Of a DNA stretch of 64,000 nt, positions 20,801 through 29,709 are shown in pieces. The notes under the pieces are model-generated. The model saw only the letters and a program-made list of their open reading frames with translations. It did no database searches and was not told the DNA's origin. This DNA is from Candidatus Palauibacter denitrificans (lineage in GTDB: Bacteria; Gemmatimonadota; Gemmatimonadetes; Palauibacterales; Palauibacteraceae): positions 9,942 through 73,941 of the forward strand of contig VXMQ01000009.1 of NCBI GenBank assembly GCA_009841015.1, given 5' to 3'. The position numbers and the translations under genes were made by a program. The number at the start of each line of letters is the position of its first letter. Positions within the stretch are counted from its first letter, which is position 1.

Positions 20801-21104
20801 CGCCGAGCAGCGCCCCCATCGCGTCCACGCGCTGGGCCTCGATCTCGATGTGAGGGTCCGCGTCCTCATACGGCAGGGCCTCTCGCTGCGGATAGCAGCG
20901 GGCGCCGCCGGCCCCGAGCGTGAGGAGATCCTCGTGGAGCGCCTCGGCCCGCTCGGGAGTGTCCGCGACGAGGACGATGGGTGTGCCGACCGCCAGATCG
21001 TCGAGTGCGAGCGCAAGCGCGGCGGATCCCGCACCCGGGAGCGGGTGGACGGACGCACGGGCACCACGCCGCGAGAGCGCCTCCGGGATGCCGGCGGCTC
21101 GCAC
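17805..21104 (-). CDS. mfd: Transcription-repair coupling factor
   Basis: 1099 aa with a UvrB-homology N-terminus, CarD-like domain, DEAD/helicase motifs (GDVGFGKTE, DEEQRFG, QLRGRVGRS) and a TRCF C-terminus. Confidence 0.97.
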   Translation of the reverse strand: MRAAGIPEALSRRGARASVHPLPGAGSAALALALDDLAVGTPIVLVADTPERAEALHEDLLTLGAGGARCYPQREALPYEDADPHIEIEAQRVDAMGALLGGRCRILTTTARALAERAPIPVGHGTSLALTIRRGASHPLAELGRRLEEMGFGRTHTVREVGDYAIRGGIVDLFPFGHPAPLRIELWGDEVESVRRFDALTQRSTETLESVEILPIALQGPEAPGDVERRALLETLPPTALVLALDPAGGARARERLWDEVRDARERVGTGAEPAESLVLPPSEGERRLAAFRRLEFTAPGQARPTAIRLPVEPPPAIDRDMKRLVAEIGTARARGERLIVFCDNDGQVERLEEILTERGGAALARDVALAIGSLSGGFRVGVPGTLLVLTDHEVFRRRYRRHRVRLRGAATIESIAAIEPGDYVVHMEHGIGRYMGLQRVEVRGETIETMELRYADGEILRLPHYRLDLIERWSAAGSDARPPAVHKLGRRKWKQLRSRTVAAIEATAVELLQLYARRKMSPGRAFPAETAWQREMESAFLYDETPDQLSAWEAVRRDLEAPVPMDRLVCGDVGFGKTEVAIRAAFKAVQDGAQVAVLAPTTILADQHLATFRERLAGFPVHVDGLSRFRTPREQREVIAGLEAGTIDIVIGTHRLLSRDVGFRDLGLLIVDEEQRFGVRQKERLKEYRETVDVLTLTATPIPRTLHLALGGLRDLSTIRTPPRNRMPIITHVLSWDDGILEEALRREFDRGGQVFFVHDRVETIHAAASRVERLMPEARAAIAHGQMPERELEDVMHRFVRGEIDLLICTSIIENGLDVPSANTMIVHRAHNFGLAQLYQLRGRVGRSHRRAYCYLVVPSDVAPDAAERLRVLEHHTELGSGYEVALKDLELRGAGNLLGGEQSGFATAVGIETWQRLVESTLRRLKGESSDPAPRARVSVDGESFLPDDYVAGSPVKMHLYRRLARLTKWDEVKAFRAELEDRFGRLPPPAARLLAAAELRILGASIGADWIRASDEDARISFEATASPRLRLLTNALADRQLHVEVRRLEPLSLVLRRAGTEPLLPMLVEALGILAAPGRAEAKETRVPATAGGV

Positions 21105-21127
21105 GGTTTGGAGGAACGACGTTCGAA

Positions 21128-23116
21128 TCAGTTCGACGCGCCCGATGTCGCCTCGCTCCCTTCACCGTCCGCGCTCGGGCGGCGCGACCGGCCCGGCGTC
21201 GCCAGGTACAGTTCGATCCCGATCAAGGCGAGCGCGAGCGCGATCAACCAGGGGGCCACGTCCCGCCCCCGCCGCGAGCGAAAGATACCGTTTTCCCACG
21301 CGCTCGCGTCGGGGCCCGCCGTGAATACCGGCCGGCCGGCGAACAGTTCCTCCAGTTCGCGCCGTTCCATCGGTGTCGGGTCGGCCTCCTCCTCCGGCAC
21401 GTTCGCCGCGAAGTGCGTTTCAGCGGCTGTCCCGTCGCTCCCGGTACCCCGCACCGCATACACTCCCGCCGTGAGCGGCGTAAACCGCGCTCCGCCCTCC
21501 ACGGCGCGCACCGTCCCGTCGGGTGATTCCACCTCGCCCGCCCACTCCGGGAGGGCCAGCGGCCGGCCCGCGCCGAAGTCGGCGAAGGGCCACGTCGCCA
21601 GGTGCGACCAGTGCACGAGAAGCGTTTCGAGGAACGGAACCATGGCAGGATGCGCGGGGAGGTCGCTGGCCGTGGCGGTGAGCGGCGAGGCGAGGAGCAA
21701 CGCCATCCGGTCGTTCGAATCCGTGCGAATGAGCCACGGTTCTCCGTCTTCCGTGCGCAGCAGCGCGGTGTCGGCGGCCGACCCGCCGCCGGTCGCGCGA
21801 AGGAGGTAGCGCTGCCGGACCCGGACCCCCGAGAGTGAAAACGCGGCTTCCGGCTCCGCGAGTCCGAGGTCGCCCGATCCCGCATCGACGCGTGCCTGCC
21901 AGGCGATCCCGACCGAAGCCAGTCCCTGGTTGAAGGCCGCGAGATCCACCGGGTCGGCGGGCGGGATGAAGATGACGGTCTCCGCACCCTCCCATGGCGC
22001 GCCGATGCTCAGATCCCCGTCCACGACCGCAACGGCCCCGTTCCCTCCCGTTCCCAGCCGTCCCCCGTCGCGCAGCGTTTCGATCCCGAGTCCGACGAAG
22101 CCGTTTGCGTCGCCATGGAATCGGACGTTGGGGGGAGGTACGACCCGGATCGCGAAGTAGCGCAGATCATCGGCCCGCGCGCCGGCGGGGTCCACCTCCA
22201 GCCGTCCCTCGTGCAGCCCCGGCCCGAGTTCGGGGAGGCCGAGGACGGCGCTCGCTCCCCACGGGGCCCGGGCCGCGCCGGCGAGCCGTCCGTCGAGCTC
22301 AAGGCGGATGTCGGCTTCCGCCGGGGCGTCGTCCGGCGAGTCCGGCGGGGCGGCCGGCCCGGCGCGTGCGCTCCGCACGATGACGCCATGCCCCGTGCCT
22401 GACGGCGCGGTGGTGCCACCGGTGAGTTCGACGTCGACGAGGGCGCCGTTCGGCTCGTCCGGCGGCCGCGGCGCGTAGGCCACGAGGGGGGCGGCGTCGG
22501 TTGCGGCTGCCGGGGCGACCCGCAGAGCGGACGCCTGGAGGTCCGACAGCAACTGGATTTCGCGCCGCCGCTCGCCGTCGGCGGGGAGCGCCGCGGCCGC
22601 ACGAGCCACGACGGCGGCCAGATCGGCCGCGCCGTCGGTCGGCTGGAGCTGCCCGAGGGCCGACGCGGCCCGCCCGGCGGAGACGCCGGCCGCGAGGGGT
22701 TCCCCGACCGTGGGGAAGAGCCACACGCGGTCTTCGGGGCGGGTCGCATCGAGCGCCGACCGGGCAAGCTCCACGAGCGATTCGAACAGGACGCGGTTCT
22801 CGTCCAGCCGCCCTACGCTCGCCGAGTTGTCCACGATGAGCGCAAGGTCCGTCGGCTCGTGGTCGCGGGCGCCGCCACGGCCGATGAGCGGACCCGCTGC
22901 CGCGAGCGCGAGCGCGATCAGGAGTCCGATCCGCACGGCGAGCAGCAGCAGGTCCGAGGCCGCGAGCGACCGCGATCGCGCGTCCTCGGCGCGGCTCAGG
23001 TAGCGGAGCGCCGGGAAGGACACGCGCCGGTCGGTCTGCCGCCGCCGCAGGTGGAGGATGAGCGGCACGACAACGCTCAGCCCGAGCGCCAGCGCCGACA
23101 GGTAGAGGAAGCTCAA
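21128..23116 (-). CDS. BatA-like protein with an N-terminal double-transmembrane domain
   Basis: The N-terminus (MSFLYLSALALGL...HLRRRQ...FPALRYL) fits the N-terminal double-TM (BatA/aerotolerance) signature. TTG start at 23116. It follows a DUF58 gene. Confidence 0.7.
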   Translation of the reverse strand: MSFLYLSALALGLSVVVPLILHLRRRQTDRRVSFPALRYLSRAEDARSRSLAASDLLLLAVRIGLLIALALAAAGPLIGRGGARDHEPTDLALIVDNSASVGRLDENRVLFESLVELARSALDATRPEDRVWLFPTVGEPLAAGVSAGRAASALGQLQPTDGAADLAAVVARAAAALPADGERRREIQLLSDLQASALRVAPAAATDAAPLVAYAPRPPDEPNGALVDVELTGGTTAPSGTGHGVIVRSARAGPAAPPDSPDDAPAEADIRLELDGRLAGAARAPWGASAVLGLPELGPGLHEGRLEVDPAGARADDLRYFAIRVVPPPNVRFHGDANGFVGLGIETLRDGGRLGTGGNGAVAVVDGDLSIGAPWEGAETVIFIPPADPVDLAAFNQGLASVGIAWQARVDAGSGDLGLAEPEAAFSLSGVRVRQRYLLRATGGGSAADTALLRTEDGEPWLIRTDSNDRMALLLASPLTATASDLPAHPAMVPFLETLLVHWSHLATWPFADFGAGRPLALPEWAGEVESPDGTVRAVEGGARFTPLTAGVYAVRGTGSDGTAAETHFAANVPEEEADPTPMERRELEELFAGRPVFTAGPDASAWENGIFRSRRGRDVAPWLIALALALIGIELYLATPGRSRRPSADGEGSEATSGASN

Positions 23117-23132
23117 GCCGGTCCGGCTCCGT

Positions 23133-24074
23133 TCACCCGCCGGCCCGCCGGCGCATGAACTGCCTCAGCGCGAGCCCGATGGGAGTATCCGTCGTGAGGA
23201 GCGCGTAGTCGGCCCCCCAGCGCAGCGCCTCCTTGCGCCAGCCGTCGACCGCCGCCTCGACCGCCTCCCGGTACTGCCTGCGGAGCGCCGCGGAGTTCGC
23301 GCCGAGCTCCTCGCCGGTCTCGGGGTCGAAGAAGATCGCCTCCCCCTCCGCGGGAAGTTCCCGCTCGCCGGGGTCCATGATGTGGAACAGGATCACCTCG
23401 TGGCCGCGGTGCCGGAGATAGCGCAGAGACATCCGCGTCGTCTCCGGGTCCACGAGCAGGTCCGAGATGAGTACGACGAGCCCCCGCCGCTGCAGCCGGC
23501 CGGCGATCTCCTTGAGCGCGGAGCCCGCATCGGTCCGTCCATCGGCGGAGAGGCGCCTGAGTTCGCCCAGCAGCCGGCGCCAGTGGCGGCGCGTCGTGCG
23601 CGGCGCGATGTGCGCCCGCAGCGCCTCATCGAAGGCGATGAGTCCCGTCGCGTCTCCCTGCTGCACGAGGAGCAGCGACAGCGAGGCCGCGAGCAGCCGC
23701 GCGTAGGCGAGCTTGGTCGGAAAGCGCTCTTCGTCCGACACCCAGCCCATCGAGCGGCTCACGTCGACGAGCAGGTAAGCCCGCAGGTTCGTCTCCTCCT
23801 CGTACTGCTTGATGAAGAGGCGATCCGTCTTCGCGTAGGCCTTCCAGTCCAGGTACCGGATGTCGTCGCCGCGATTGTAGGGCCGGTCCTCGGCGAACTC
23901 GGCGGAGAAGCCGCGCTTCGGCGAGTCGTGGAGCCCGATGAGAAACCCTTCGACGATGTGGCGCGCCACGAGTTCCAGGTGCGAAAGGCCCACGATCTCG
24001 CGCGGACTCGCGAGGTCGAGGCGCTGCCGGGAAGCTTCGAGAGCGGAGGTGAGAGTTGCGGTGCCTTCGGTCAT
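23133..24074 (-). CDS. DUF58 family protein (vWA-like, usually MoxR-associated)
   Basis: 313 aa with the GFSAEFAEDRPYNRGDDIRYLDWKAYAKTDRLFIKQYEEE signature. Confidence 0.85.
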   Translation of the reverse strand: MTEGTATLTSALEASRQRLDLASPREIVGLSHLELVARHIVEGFLIGLHDSPKRGFSAEFAEDRPYNRGDDIRYLDWKAYAKTDRLFIKQYEEETNLRAYLLVDVSRSMGWVSDEERFPTKLAYARLLAASLSLLLVQQGDATGLIAFDEALRAHIAPRTTRRHWRRLLGELRRLSADGRTDAGSALKEIAGRLQRRGLVVLISDLLVDPETTRMSLRYLRHRGHEVILFHIMDPGERELPAEGEAIFFDPETGEELGANSAALRRQYREAVEAAVDGWRKEALRWGADYALLTTDTPIGLALRQFMRRRAGG

Positions 24075-24084
24075 CGGAAAAAAC

Positions 24085-24098
24085 TAGCAGCCCGTGGC
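24085..24098 (+). repeat. Copy of the motif TAGCAGCCCGTGGC in the DUF58 / M28 divergent intergenic region
   Basis: The plus strand reads TAGCAGCCCGTGGC, followed by the hairpin GTGGC-ggaggccg-GCCAC. Confidence 0.55.
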
Positions 24099-24159
24099 GG
24101 AGGCCGGCCACACGTCGCGGACTCGCCTTCGGTCCAACGTTCCTCCGGGAAGGAAGCGA

Positions 24160-25614
24160 ATGAAAAGGATACGGGTTCTGGTGCTGGCGCTCGCGGCTTC
24201 CCCCGCGGGACTCTCCGCGCAGGCCGAAGCCGGGACCGGGGCGGCGACCATCACCGCGGGCGACCTGCGGCTCCGCATCGGCGCCCTGGCGCACGACTCG
24301 ATGCGGGGCCGAGCGACGCCGAGCCCGGAACTGGACAAGGCGGCGCGGCACATCGCCCTTCGCTTCGAGGCGTTCGGCCTCCAGCCGGCGGACGGCGACA
24401 GCTACCTGCAGGAGTATCCGCTGACCGCTTCGCGGGCCGGCGCCCCCGCCCGGCAGCTGCTGCAGATCGACGGTCCGGGCGGGGGGACGATCGAGGCGTC
24501 CGACATCCTCCCGGTTCCGGGCGGCCGCGGCCAGGCCACGGGTCCGCTCGCGGTCGTGACGCCCGGCGGCGCGAACCCGCCCGCCGGCGCCGTCGCGGTC
24601 CTGCGGGTCGCGGCCGAGGACACGCGGCAGGGCCTCGAGTCCGTCCGCGGCATCCTCGAAGGTGGGGCGGTCGCCGTCCTGCTCGCGGTCGATGCGCCGG
24701 ACGACTACTTCGACGGCATCCGGCGCTTCTACGAGCGCGAGCGGCTGTCCGTCGGCATGCCGGAGGAACTCGGCGCCCCGGTCGCCCTCGTCCGGACGCA
24801 GGCACTCCCCGAAGCGCTGCGCGCGGCCCTCGCTTCCGGCGCGGGCACGACCGCCTGGGAGGCGAGGGTCCGCACCCACTCCGAATTCCGCGAGGAGAGG
24901 GCCTACAACACCATCGGCTGGATCGAGGGTTCGGACCCCGACCTCCGGGGCGAGTTCATCGTCTTCACGGCCCACATGGATCACGTGGGCGTGGGGCGGC
25001 CCGTCGACGGAGACTCCATTTACAACGGTGCCGACGACGACGCCTCGGGCACCGCGGCGATCATCGAACTCGCGCAGGCGTTCGCGTCGCTGGAAACGCC
25101 GCCGCGCCGCTCCCTCGTATTCATGACGGTGAGCGGGGAGGAGCGCGGACTTCTCGGCTCCGGGTGGTACGCGGAGAACCCGCTGTTTCCCCTCGGGGCG
25201 ACGGTCGCCAACCTGAACATCGACATGATCGGCCGGAACTGGCGCGACACCCTCGTGGCGATCGGCGCCGACGAATCGACGCTCGGCGCGAGCCTTCGGC
25301 AGACGCTGCGGGAGCACCCGGAACTCGGTCTCGAGATGATCGACGACCCGTGGCCGGAGCAGAATTTCTACTTCCGGTCGGACCACTACAGTTTTGCGAG
25401 GAAGGGCGTACCCATTCTCTTCTTCTTCACGGGTACGCACGAGGACTATCACGGCCCCAACGACGAATCGGACCGGATTCTGTACGACAAGACCGCGCGC
25501 ATCACGCGTCTCATCTTTCATCTCGGGCAGCGGATCGCCGATGCCGACGAACGGCCCGAGTGGGATCCGGCCGCATACCGGCGGGTTGTAGAGGGCGGCG
25601 GGCGCCGGGAGTAG
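24160..25614 (+). CDS. M28 family metallo-aminopeptidase, secreted
   Basis: Internal ATG at 24160 gives a signal peptide (MKRIRVLVLALAASPAGLSAQ). Zn ligand context HMDHVG, NGADDDASG and SGEERGLLGS. Confidence 0.88.
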   Translation: MKRIRVLVLALAASPAGLSAQAEAGTGAATITAGDLRLRIGALAHDSMRGRATPSPELDKAARHIALRFEAFGLQPADGDSYLQEYPLTASRAGAPARQLLQIDGPGGGTIEASDILPVPGGRGQATGPLAVVTPGGANPPAGAVAVLRVAAEDTRQGLESVRGILEGGAVAVLLAVDAPDDYFDGIRRFYERERLSVGMPEELGAPVALVRTQALPEALRAALASGAGTTAWEARVRTHSEFREERAYNTIGWIEGSDPDLRGEFIVFTAHMDHVGVGRPVDGDSIYNGADDDASGTAAIIELAQAFASLETPPRRSLVFMTVSGEERGLLGSGWYAENPLFPLGATVANLNIDMIGRNWRDTLVAIGADESTLGASLRQTLREHPELGLEMIDDPWPEQNFYFRSDHYSFARKGVPILFFFTGTHEDYHGPNDESDRILYDKTARITRLIFHLGQRIADADERPEWDPAAYRRVVEGGGRRE

Positions 25615-25678
25615 CCGCGTCCGCGGGGGTCGCCGAATCCGCGGGGTTCGCCGGGGCGCCAGCAGGGGAGTGAGTGAC

Positions 25679-26215
25679 ATGTCGGAGCAGGATCAACAGC
25701 CATACGTGATCGTGGAACGCCGGGCGTCCGGAGTCGTCGCATTCGTGTGCGGCGCCATCGTGGGCGCGGGCGTCGCGCTACTCCTGGCGCCGAAGTCCGG
25801 GCGCGAAACGCAGGCCGACCTGCGCGAGGGGGCTCGTCGGTTGAAGGAGGGGACGGAGGAGCGGCTCACCGACCTCCGGGAAACGCTCGGGGAACGCTAC
25901 GACCGCACGCGCGACCAGGTGGAAACGCGCGTGGACGCCTTCCGCCGGAACGTCGCCGACCGCCAGCATAAGGCGGGGGAGGCGATCAAGGCGGGAAAGG
26001 ACGCGGCCCGGCAGGCTCGCTCGGACCTCGAGGCGCGCGTCGCCGAATCCAGGGAGGTGTACCGCGCGGCGCTGGCCGACGGCGAGGCTCCGGAGGATCC
26101 GCCGGACGAGGGGTCCGGTGACGGATCGGAAGACGGAGCCGGAGATGAGGCGGCCGCCGCGCCGGAGGCCGATGACAGCGCCGGAGAAGCGGACGGCGGG
26201 ACGTCCCGGGTGTGA
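25679..26215 (+). CDS. YtxH-domain protein (general-stress-like, N-terminal TM helix)
   Basis: GAIVGAGVALLLAPKSGRETQADLREG is a YtxH motif. ATG 25679 sits 9 nt after a GGGGAG Shine-Dalgarno. The track starts at GTG 25670. Confidence 0.7.
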   Translation: MSEQDQQPYVIVERRASGVVAFVCGAIVGAGVALLLAPKSGRETQADLREGARRLKEGTEERLTDLRETLGERYDRTRDQVETRVDAFRRNVADRQHKAGEAIKAGKDAARQARSDLEARVAESREVYRAALADGEAPEDPPDEGSGDGSEDGAGDEAAAAPEADDSAGEADGGTSRV

Positions 26216-26218
26216 GCC

Positions 26219-26692
26219 GTGGGCGACCGCGAGGGGGTCCGGGTCATCGCCCGCAACAGGAAGGCCCGCCACGACTACGAGGTGCTCGAGCAGTTCGAAG
26301 CGGGCATCGTGCTGCGGGGGGCGGAGGTGAAGTCGCTGCGCGACGGGAAGGCGAGCTTCGCCGACTCGTTCGGGCGGATCGACGACGGCGAGGCCTGGCT
26401 CCATAATCTCCACATTCCTCCCTACGACAAGGCGACGATCGATGCCCCCGACCCGGTGCGCCGGCGAAAGCTCCTGCTCAGAAGGCGGGAGATCGATCGC
26501 CTGCGCTCGAAGACGCGGGAGAGCGGGCTGACGCTCGTGCCGCTGGACATCCACTTTCGGCGCGGCTTCGCCAAGGTCACGCTGGGGTTGGCGCGGGGGA
26601 AGAAGCACCGGGATCGGCGCGAGGATCTGAAGAGGAAGACGATGCAGCGGGAGGCCGAGAGGGCGAAGAGAGAGGCGGCGCGTGGCGGTTGA
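26219..26692 (+). CDS. smpB: SsrA-binding protein
   Basis: 157 aa with NRKARHDYE, GIVLRGAEVKSLR and a basic C-terminal tail. Confidence 0.95.
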   Translation: MGDREGVRVIARNRKARHDYEVLEQFEAGIVLRGAEVKSLRDGKASFADSFGRIDDGEAWLHNLHIPPYDKATIDAPDPVRRRKLLLRRREIDRLRSKTRESGLTLVPLDIHFRRGFAKVTLGLARGKKHRDRREDLKRKTMQREAERAKREAARGG

Positions 26693-27941
26693 CCGAAGAG
26701 CCGGTCGCGAACGCGACCGCGTCGGCGGGGGACGGCGGATCGTGGTTGCCGCCGTCGTCGTCGCCGCGCAGGTGCCGCTCTCCGGGACCCTGGCGGGGAT
26801 CGCCGCGCAGACGCCCCCGGAGACGGTTCAGGCGGAGGTCTCGGGCCGTACCGTGAGTCTCCCCGTCGCGCGGCACCGGGCCTACTCCGCCGTGACTGCG
26901 GCGGATCTCGCGCTCGCATCGGAGAGCGTCTTCGAGGACGTCACGCGGAACGGTGTATTCCTTCGCGCCCGCCTCCGCGGCGAAGAGGTCGCGTTCGAGG
27001 CGGGATCTCCCTTCTTCCAACACGGCGGACGCGCGGTGCAGCTCGCGAATCCGCCCTACGAGGAAGATGGCGCCTTCTGGCTTCCGGCCGAGTTCGTCAC
27101 GCGGTGGGTGTCGGAGGGACCGCCGCCGGTCGCGGCCGGGCCGGAGGGGTCCCGGGCGCCCGCCTCATCCCCGGAGTCCCCGTCCTCTCCGCCGCCGGAC
27201 CCGTTGCCGGCCCGCGTCGACCCGACGGCGCCGTGGCGCGTGATCATCGACCCGGGGCACGGCGGCCGGGACCCGGGAACGCTGGGCAGCGCGAGCTACG
27301 AGAAGGACATCGTGCTCGCGATCGCGAGGCGACTGTACGACGAACTCGAAGGGCGCGAGATGTTCGAGCCTCACATGACGCGGGACGCGGACGTCTACGT
27401 GGACCTCGACGAACGGTCCCGGTTCGCGGTGGACCGGGCCGGGGATCTCTTCGTCTCGATCCACGCCAACGCGGCGGCGGACGAGCGGGCGCGCGGGTTC
27501 GAGACCATCTTCCTGGGGCAGGCCCGCTCCGAAGAGGCGCGAGAGGTCGCGCTGCGGGAGAACCGTGGCCCCGAAGTGGATGACGCGGCAGGTTCGCCCT
27601 CCGATGTCCAGTTCATCCTCGCGGGACTCGACCGTACCGAGAATCTTGCGGAGTCGCGGCTCTTTGCCGGGTTCGTTCAGAACTCGATCCGAACGGTCCG
27701 GCGCGGCGGGTCCCCCGACCGCGGTGTCATACAGGGTCCGTGGTGGGTCCTTCTCGGGGCGCTCGTGCGCATGCCGTCGGTGATCGTTGAAGTCGGTTTT
27801 CTCTCAAACGGTGAAGAGGAGCGCTACCTGAACGGCACGGAAGGACAGGAAGCGATCGCGCGGGCGATCGCGGATGCGATCGTGGCATACCGCGAGGACG
27901 TGCTGCGCCGGTACGCCCCCGCGCCGGAGCCGGGGTGCTGA
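26682..27941 (+). CDS. N-acetylmuramoyl-L-alanine amidase (Amidase_3, AmiC-like)
   Basis: IIDPGHGGRDPG, SIHANA and VEVGFLSN motifs, with an AMIN-like N-terminal region. Confidence 0.9.
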   Translation: MAVDRRAGRERDRVGGGRRIVVAAVVVAAQVPLSGTLAGIAAQTPPETVQAEVSGRTVSLPVARHRAYSAVTAADLALASESVFEDVTRNGVFLRARLRGEEVAFEAGSPFFQHGGRAVQLANPPYEEDGAFWLPAEFVTRWVSEGPPPVAAGPEGSRAPASSPESPSSPPPDPLPARVDPTAPWRVIIDPGHGGRDPGTLGSASYEKDIVLAIARRLYDELEGREMFEPHMTRDADVYVDLDERSRFAVDRAGDLFVSIHANAAADERARGFETIFLGQARSEEAREVALRENRGPEVDDAAGSPSDVQFILAGLDRTENLAESRLFAGFVQNSIRTVRRGGSPDRGVIQGPWWVLLGALVRMPSVIVEVGFLSNGEEERYLNGTEGQEAIARAIADAIVAYREDVLRRYAPAPEPGC

Positions 27942-28747
27942 GCGCCGGCAGCGATGTGGCCGTGGGGCGCGCGACGCCCGTGAGCCGGCGGGCGGCGCTG
28001 CTCTCCACGCGTCTCGTGGCCCGCGATACCTGGTGGCAGGAGTTCGACTGTCCGGACATCGCGGCCGCCGCGCTCCCCGGGCAGTTCGTCATGCTCGGCG
28101 TCGGACTCGACGAGCCGGGGGCCTGGCTCCTCCCGCGTCCGTTCAGCGTCGGCTGGACGGGCCCCGGCGGCGAGGTCGGCATCCTCCTGCGCGCCTACGG
28201 ACAGGGCACCCGGGCGCTCGCCAGGCTGGAAGTCGGGCAGACCGCCCTCCTCCTCGGTCCGCTGGGTCGCCCCTTCGACACCGCGGGCGCGGATGTCGAA
28301 TGCGTCGCGGGCGGCGTCGGCCTCGCCCCGTTCATCTTCCTCGCGGCGCGCGAGGCGGCGGCGGGGCGGCGCGTGCGGCTCATCTACGGAGAGCGGGATG
28401 CGGGGGCCGTGTTCGACCCCGCGCTCATCGCCCGCCTCACGGATCACGACCCCGAGTTGTTCACGGAAGACGGGAGCGCCGGCCGGAAGGGCCTCGTGAC
28501 CGCCGGTCTCGACCCCGCGTCGCGCGCGCTCCTCCTCGGCTGCGGCCCGACGCCGCTCCTGCGGGCGCTCGCGGCCTTCGCGCGGGAACACGGCCGCCGG
28601 CTCCAGGTCTCGGTGGAGGAGCACATGGGCTGCGGGATCGGCACCTGCCAGGGGTGCGTCGTGCGCGGGGCGGACGGACGCTGGGTGAAGGCGTGCATCG
28701 AGGGCTCCGTCTTCCCCGCGGAGGAACTCGACTGGGGGGCGATCTGA
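27935..28747 (+). CDS. pyrK: Dihydroorotate dehydrogenase (class 1B) electron-transfer subunit
   Basis: FAD/NAD-binding fold and the C-terminal 2Fe-2S motif CGIGTCQGCVV. Immediately precedes pyrD. Confidence 0.9.
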   Translation: MLSAGSDVAVGRATPVSRRAALLSTRLVARDTWWQEFDCPDIAAAALPGQFVMLGVGLDEPGAWLLPRPFSVGWTGPGGEVGILLRAYGQGTRALARLEVGQTALLLGPLGRPFDTAGADVECVAGGVGLAPFIFLAAREAAAGRRVRLIYGERDAGAVFDPALIARLTDHDPELFTEDGSAGRKGLVTAGLDPASRALLLGCGPTPLLRALAAFAREHGRRLQVSVEEHMGCGIGTCQGCVVRGADGRWVKACIEGSVFPAEELDWGAI

Positions 28748-29709
28748 CCCCGGCCGCGGCGTCCCCGGGCCTCGTCCAGCGCGTGTTCGGGGCGGAGTTC
28801 CCGAGTCCCGTGCTCCTGGCCTCGGGCACATGCGGCTACGGGCAGGAATACGCGGATCTCATCCCCCTCGACGAGATCGGAGGGCTCGTCACGAAGGCGG
28901 TGAGCCTCGAGCCCCGCCCCGGGAACCCGCCCCACCGCGTCGCGGAGACGCCCGGCGGGATGATCAACGCGATCGGGCTCGAGAACCCCGGCCTCCGCGG
29001 CTTCATCGCGGAGAAGCTCCCCTGGCTGCGCGAGCACCTTCGTCGCGCGCAGGTGTTCGTGAACGTGGTCGGGCACTCGGCGGAGGACTTCGCCGCCGTC
29101 GTGCGCGGACTCGACGGGGAGGACGGTTTCCTCGGGTACGAGATCAACGTCTCCTGCCCGAACGTGAAGGGCGGCACGATGTTCGGCACCGACGAGCGGG
29201 CGCTGGCCGACCTCGTGACGCGGCTCCGCGGCTGCACGGAGCGGCCGCTCGTGATCAAGCTCACGCCCAACGTCCCCGACGTGGGCGACTTCGCCCGCAT
29301 CTGCGAAGAGGCGGGGGCCGACGGTCTGAGCGCGATCAACACCTTCCCCGGCATGGTCGTCGACATCGGGCGGCGCGAACCGCTGATCGGCAACCGGTCC
29401 GGCGGCGTGAGCGGGCCGGCGATCCTCCCCATGGGCGTCTACGCGACGTGGCGGGCGCGTCAGACGTGCGGGCTTCCGATCATGGGAATCGGCGGCATCC
29501 GCAACGCCGAGGACGCGCTGCAATACATCCTCGCCGGGGCCTGTCTCGTCCAGGTCGGGACGGCGTCCTTCGTCGATCCGGGGGCGGCGGTGGACGTCCA
29601 CGAAGGGATCTCGAAGTTTCTTGCGGCGAACGGCGTCGCGCGCCTCGAGGATCTCGTGGGCGCGCTCCGCTCCCGGCCGGGAACCGGTCCCGCGATTCCG
29701 GCCGGCTGA
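28744..29709 (+). CDS. pyrD: Dihydroorotate dehydrogenase, catalytic subunit (class 1B)
   Basis: LLASGTCGYGQEY, GLENPG, NVSCPN and GGI motifs. No ATG is available. The start is either CTG 28744 (CTGA overlap with the pyrK stop) or GTG 28783. Confidence 0.88.
   Translation: MTPAAASPGLVQRVFGAEFPSPVLLASGTCGYGQEYADLIPLDEIGGLVTKAVSLEPRPGNPPHRVAETPGGMINAIGLENPGLRGFIAEKLPWLREHLRRAQVFVNVVGHSAEDFAAVVRGLDGEDGFLGYEINVSCPNVKGGTMFGTDERALADLVTRLRGCTERPLVIKLTPNVPDVGDFARICEEAGADGLSAINTFPGMVVDIGRREPLIGNRSGGVSGPAILPMGVYATWRARQTCGLPIMGIGGIRNAEDALQYILAGACLVQVGTASFVDPGAAVDVHEGISKFLAANGVARLEDLVGALRSRPGTGPAIPAG

Noticed and set aside
25615-26700. Looked for tmRNA (ssrA) next to smpB.
   Set aside because: The flanking intergenic spaces are under 60 nt, and I saw no tRNA-like acceptor/T-arm sequence. 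ssrA must lie elsewhere.
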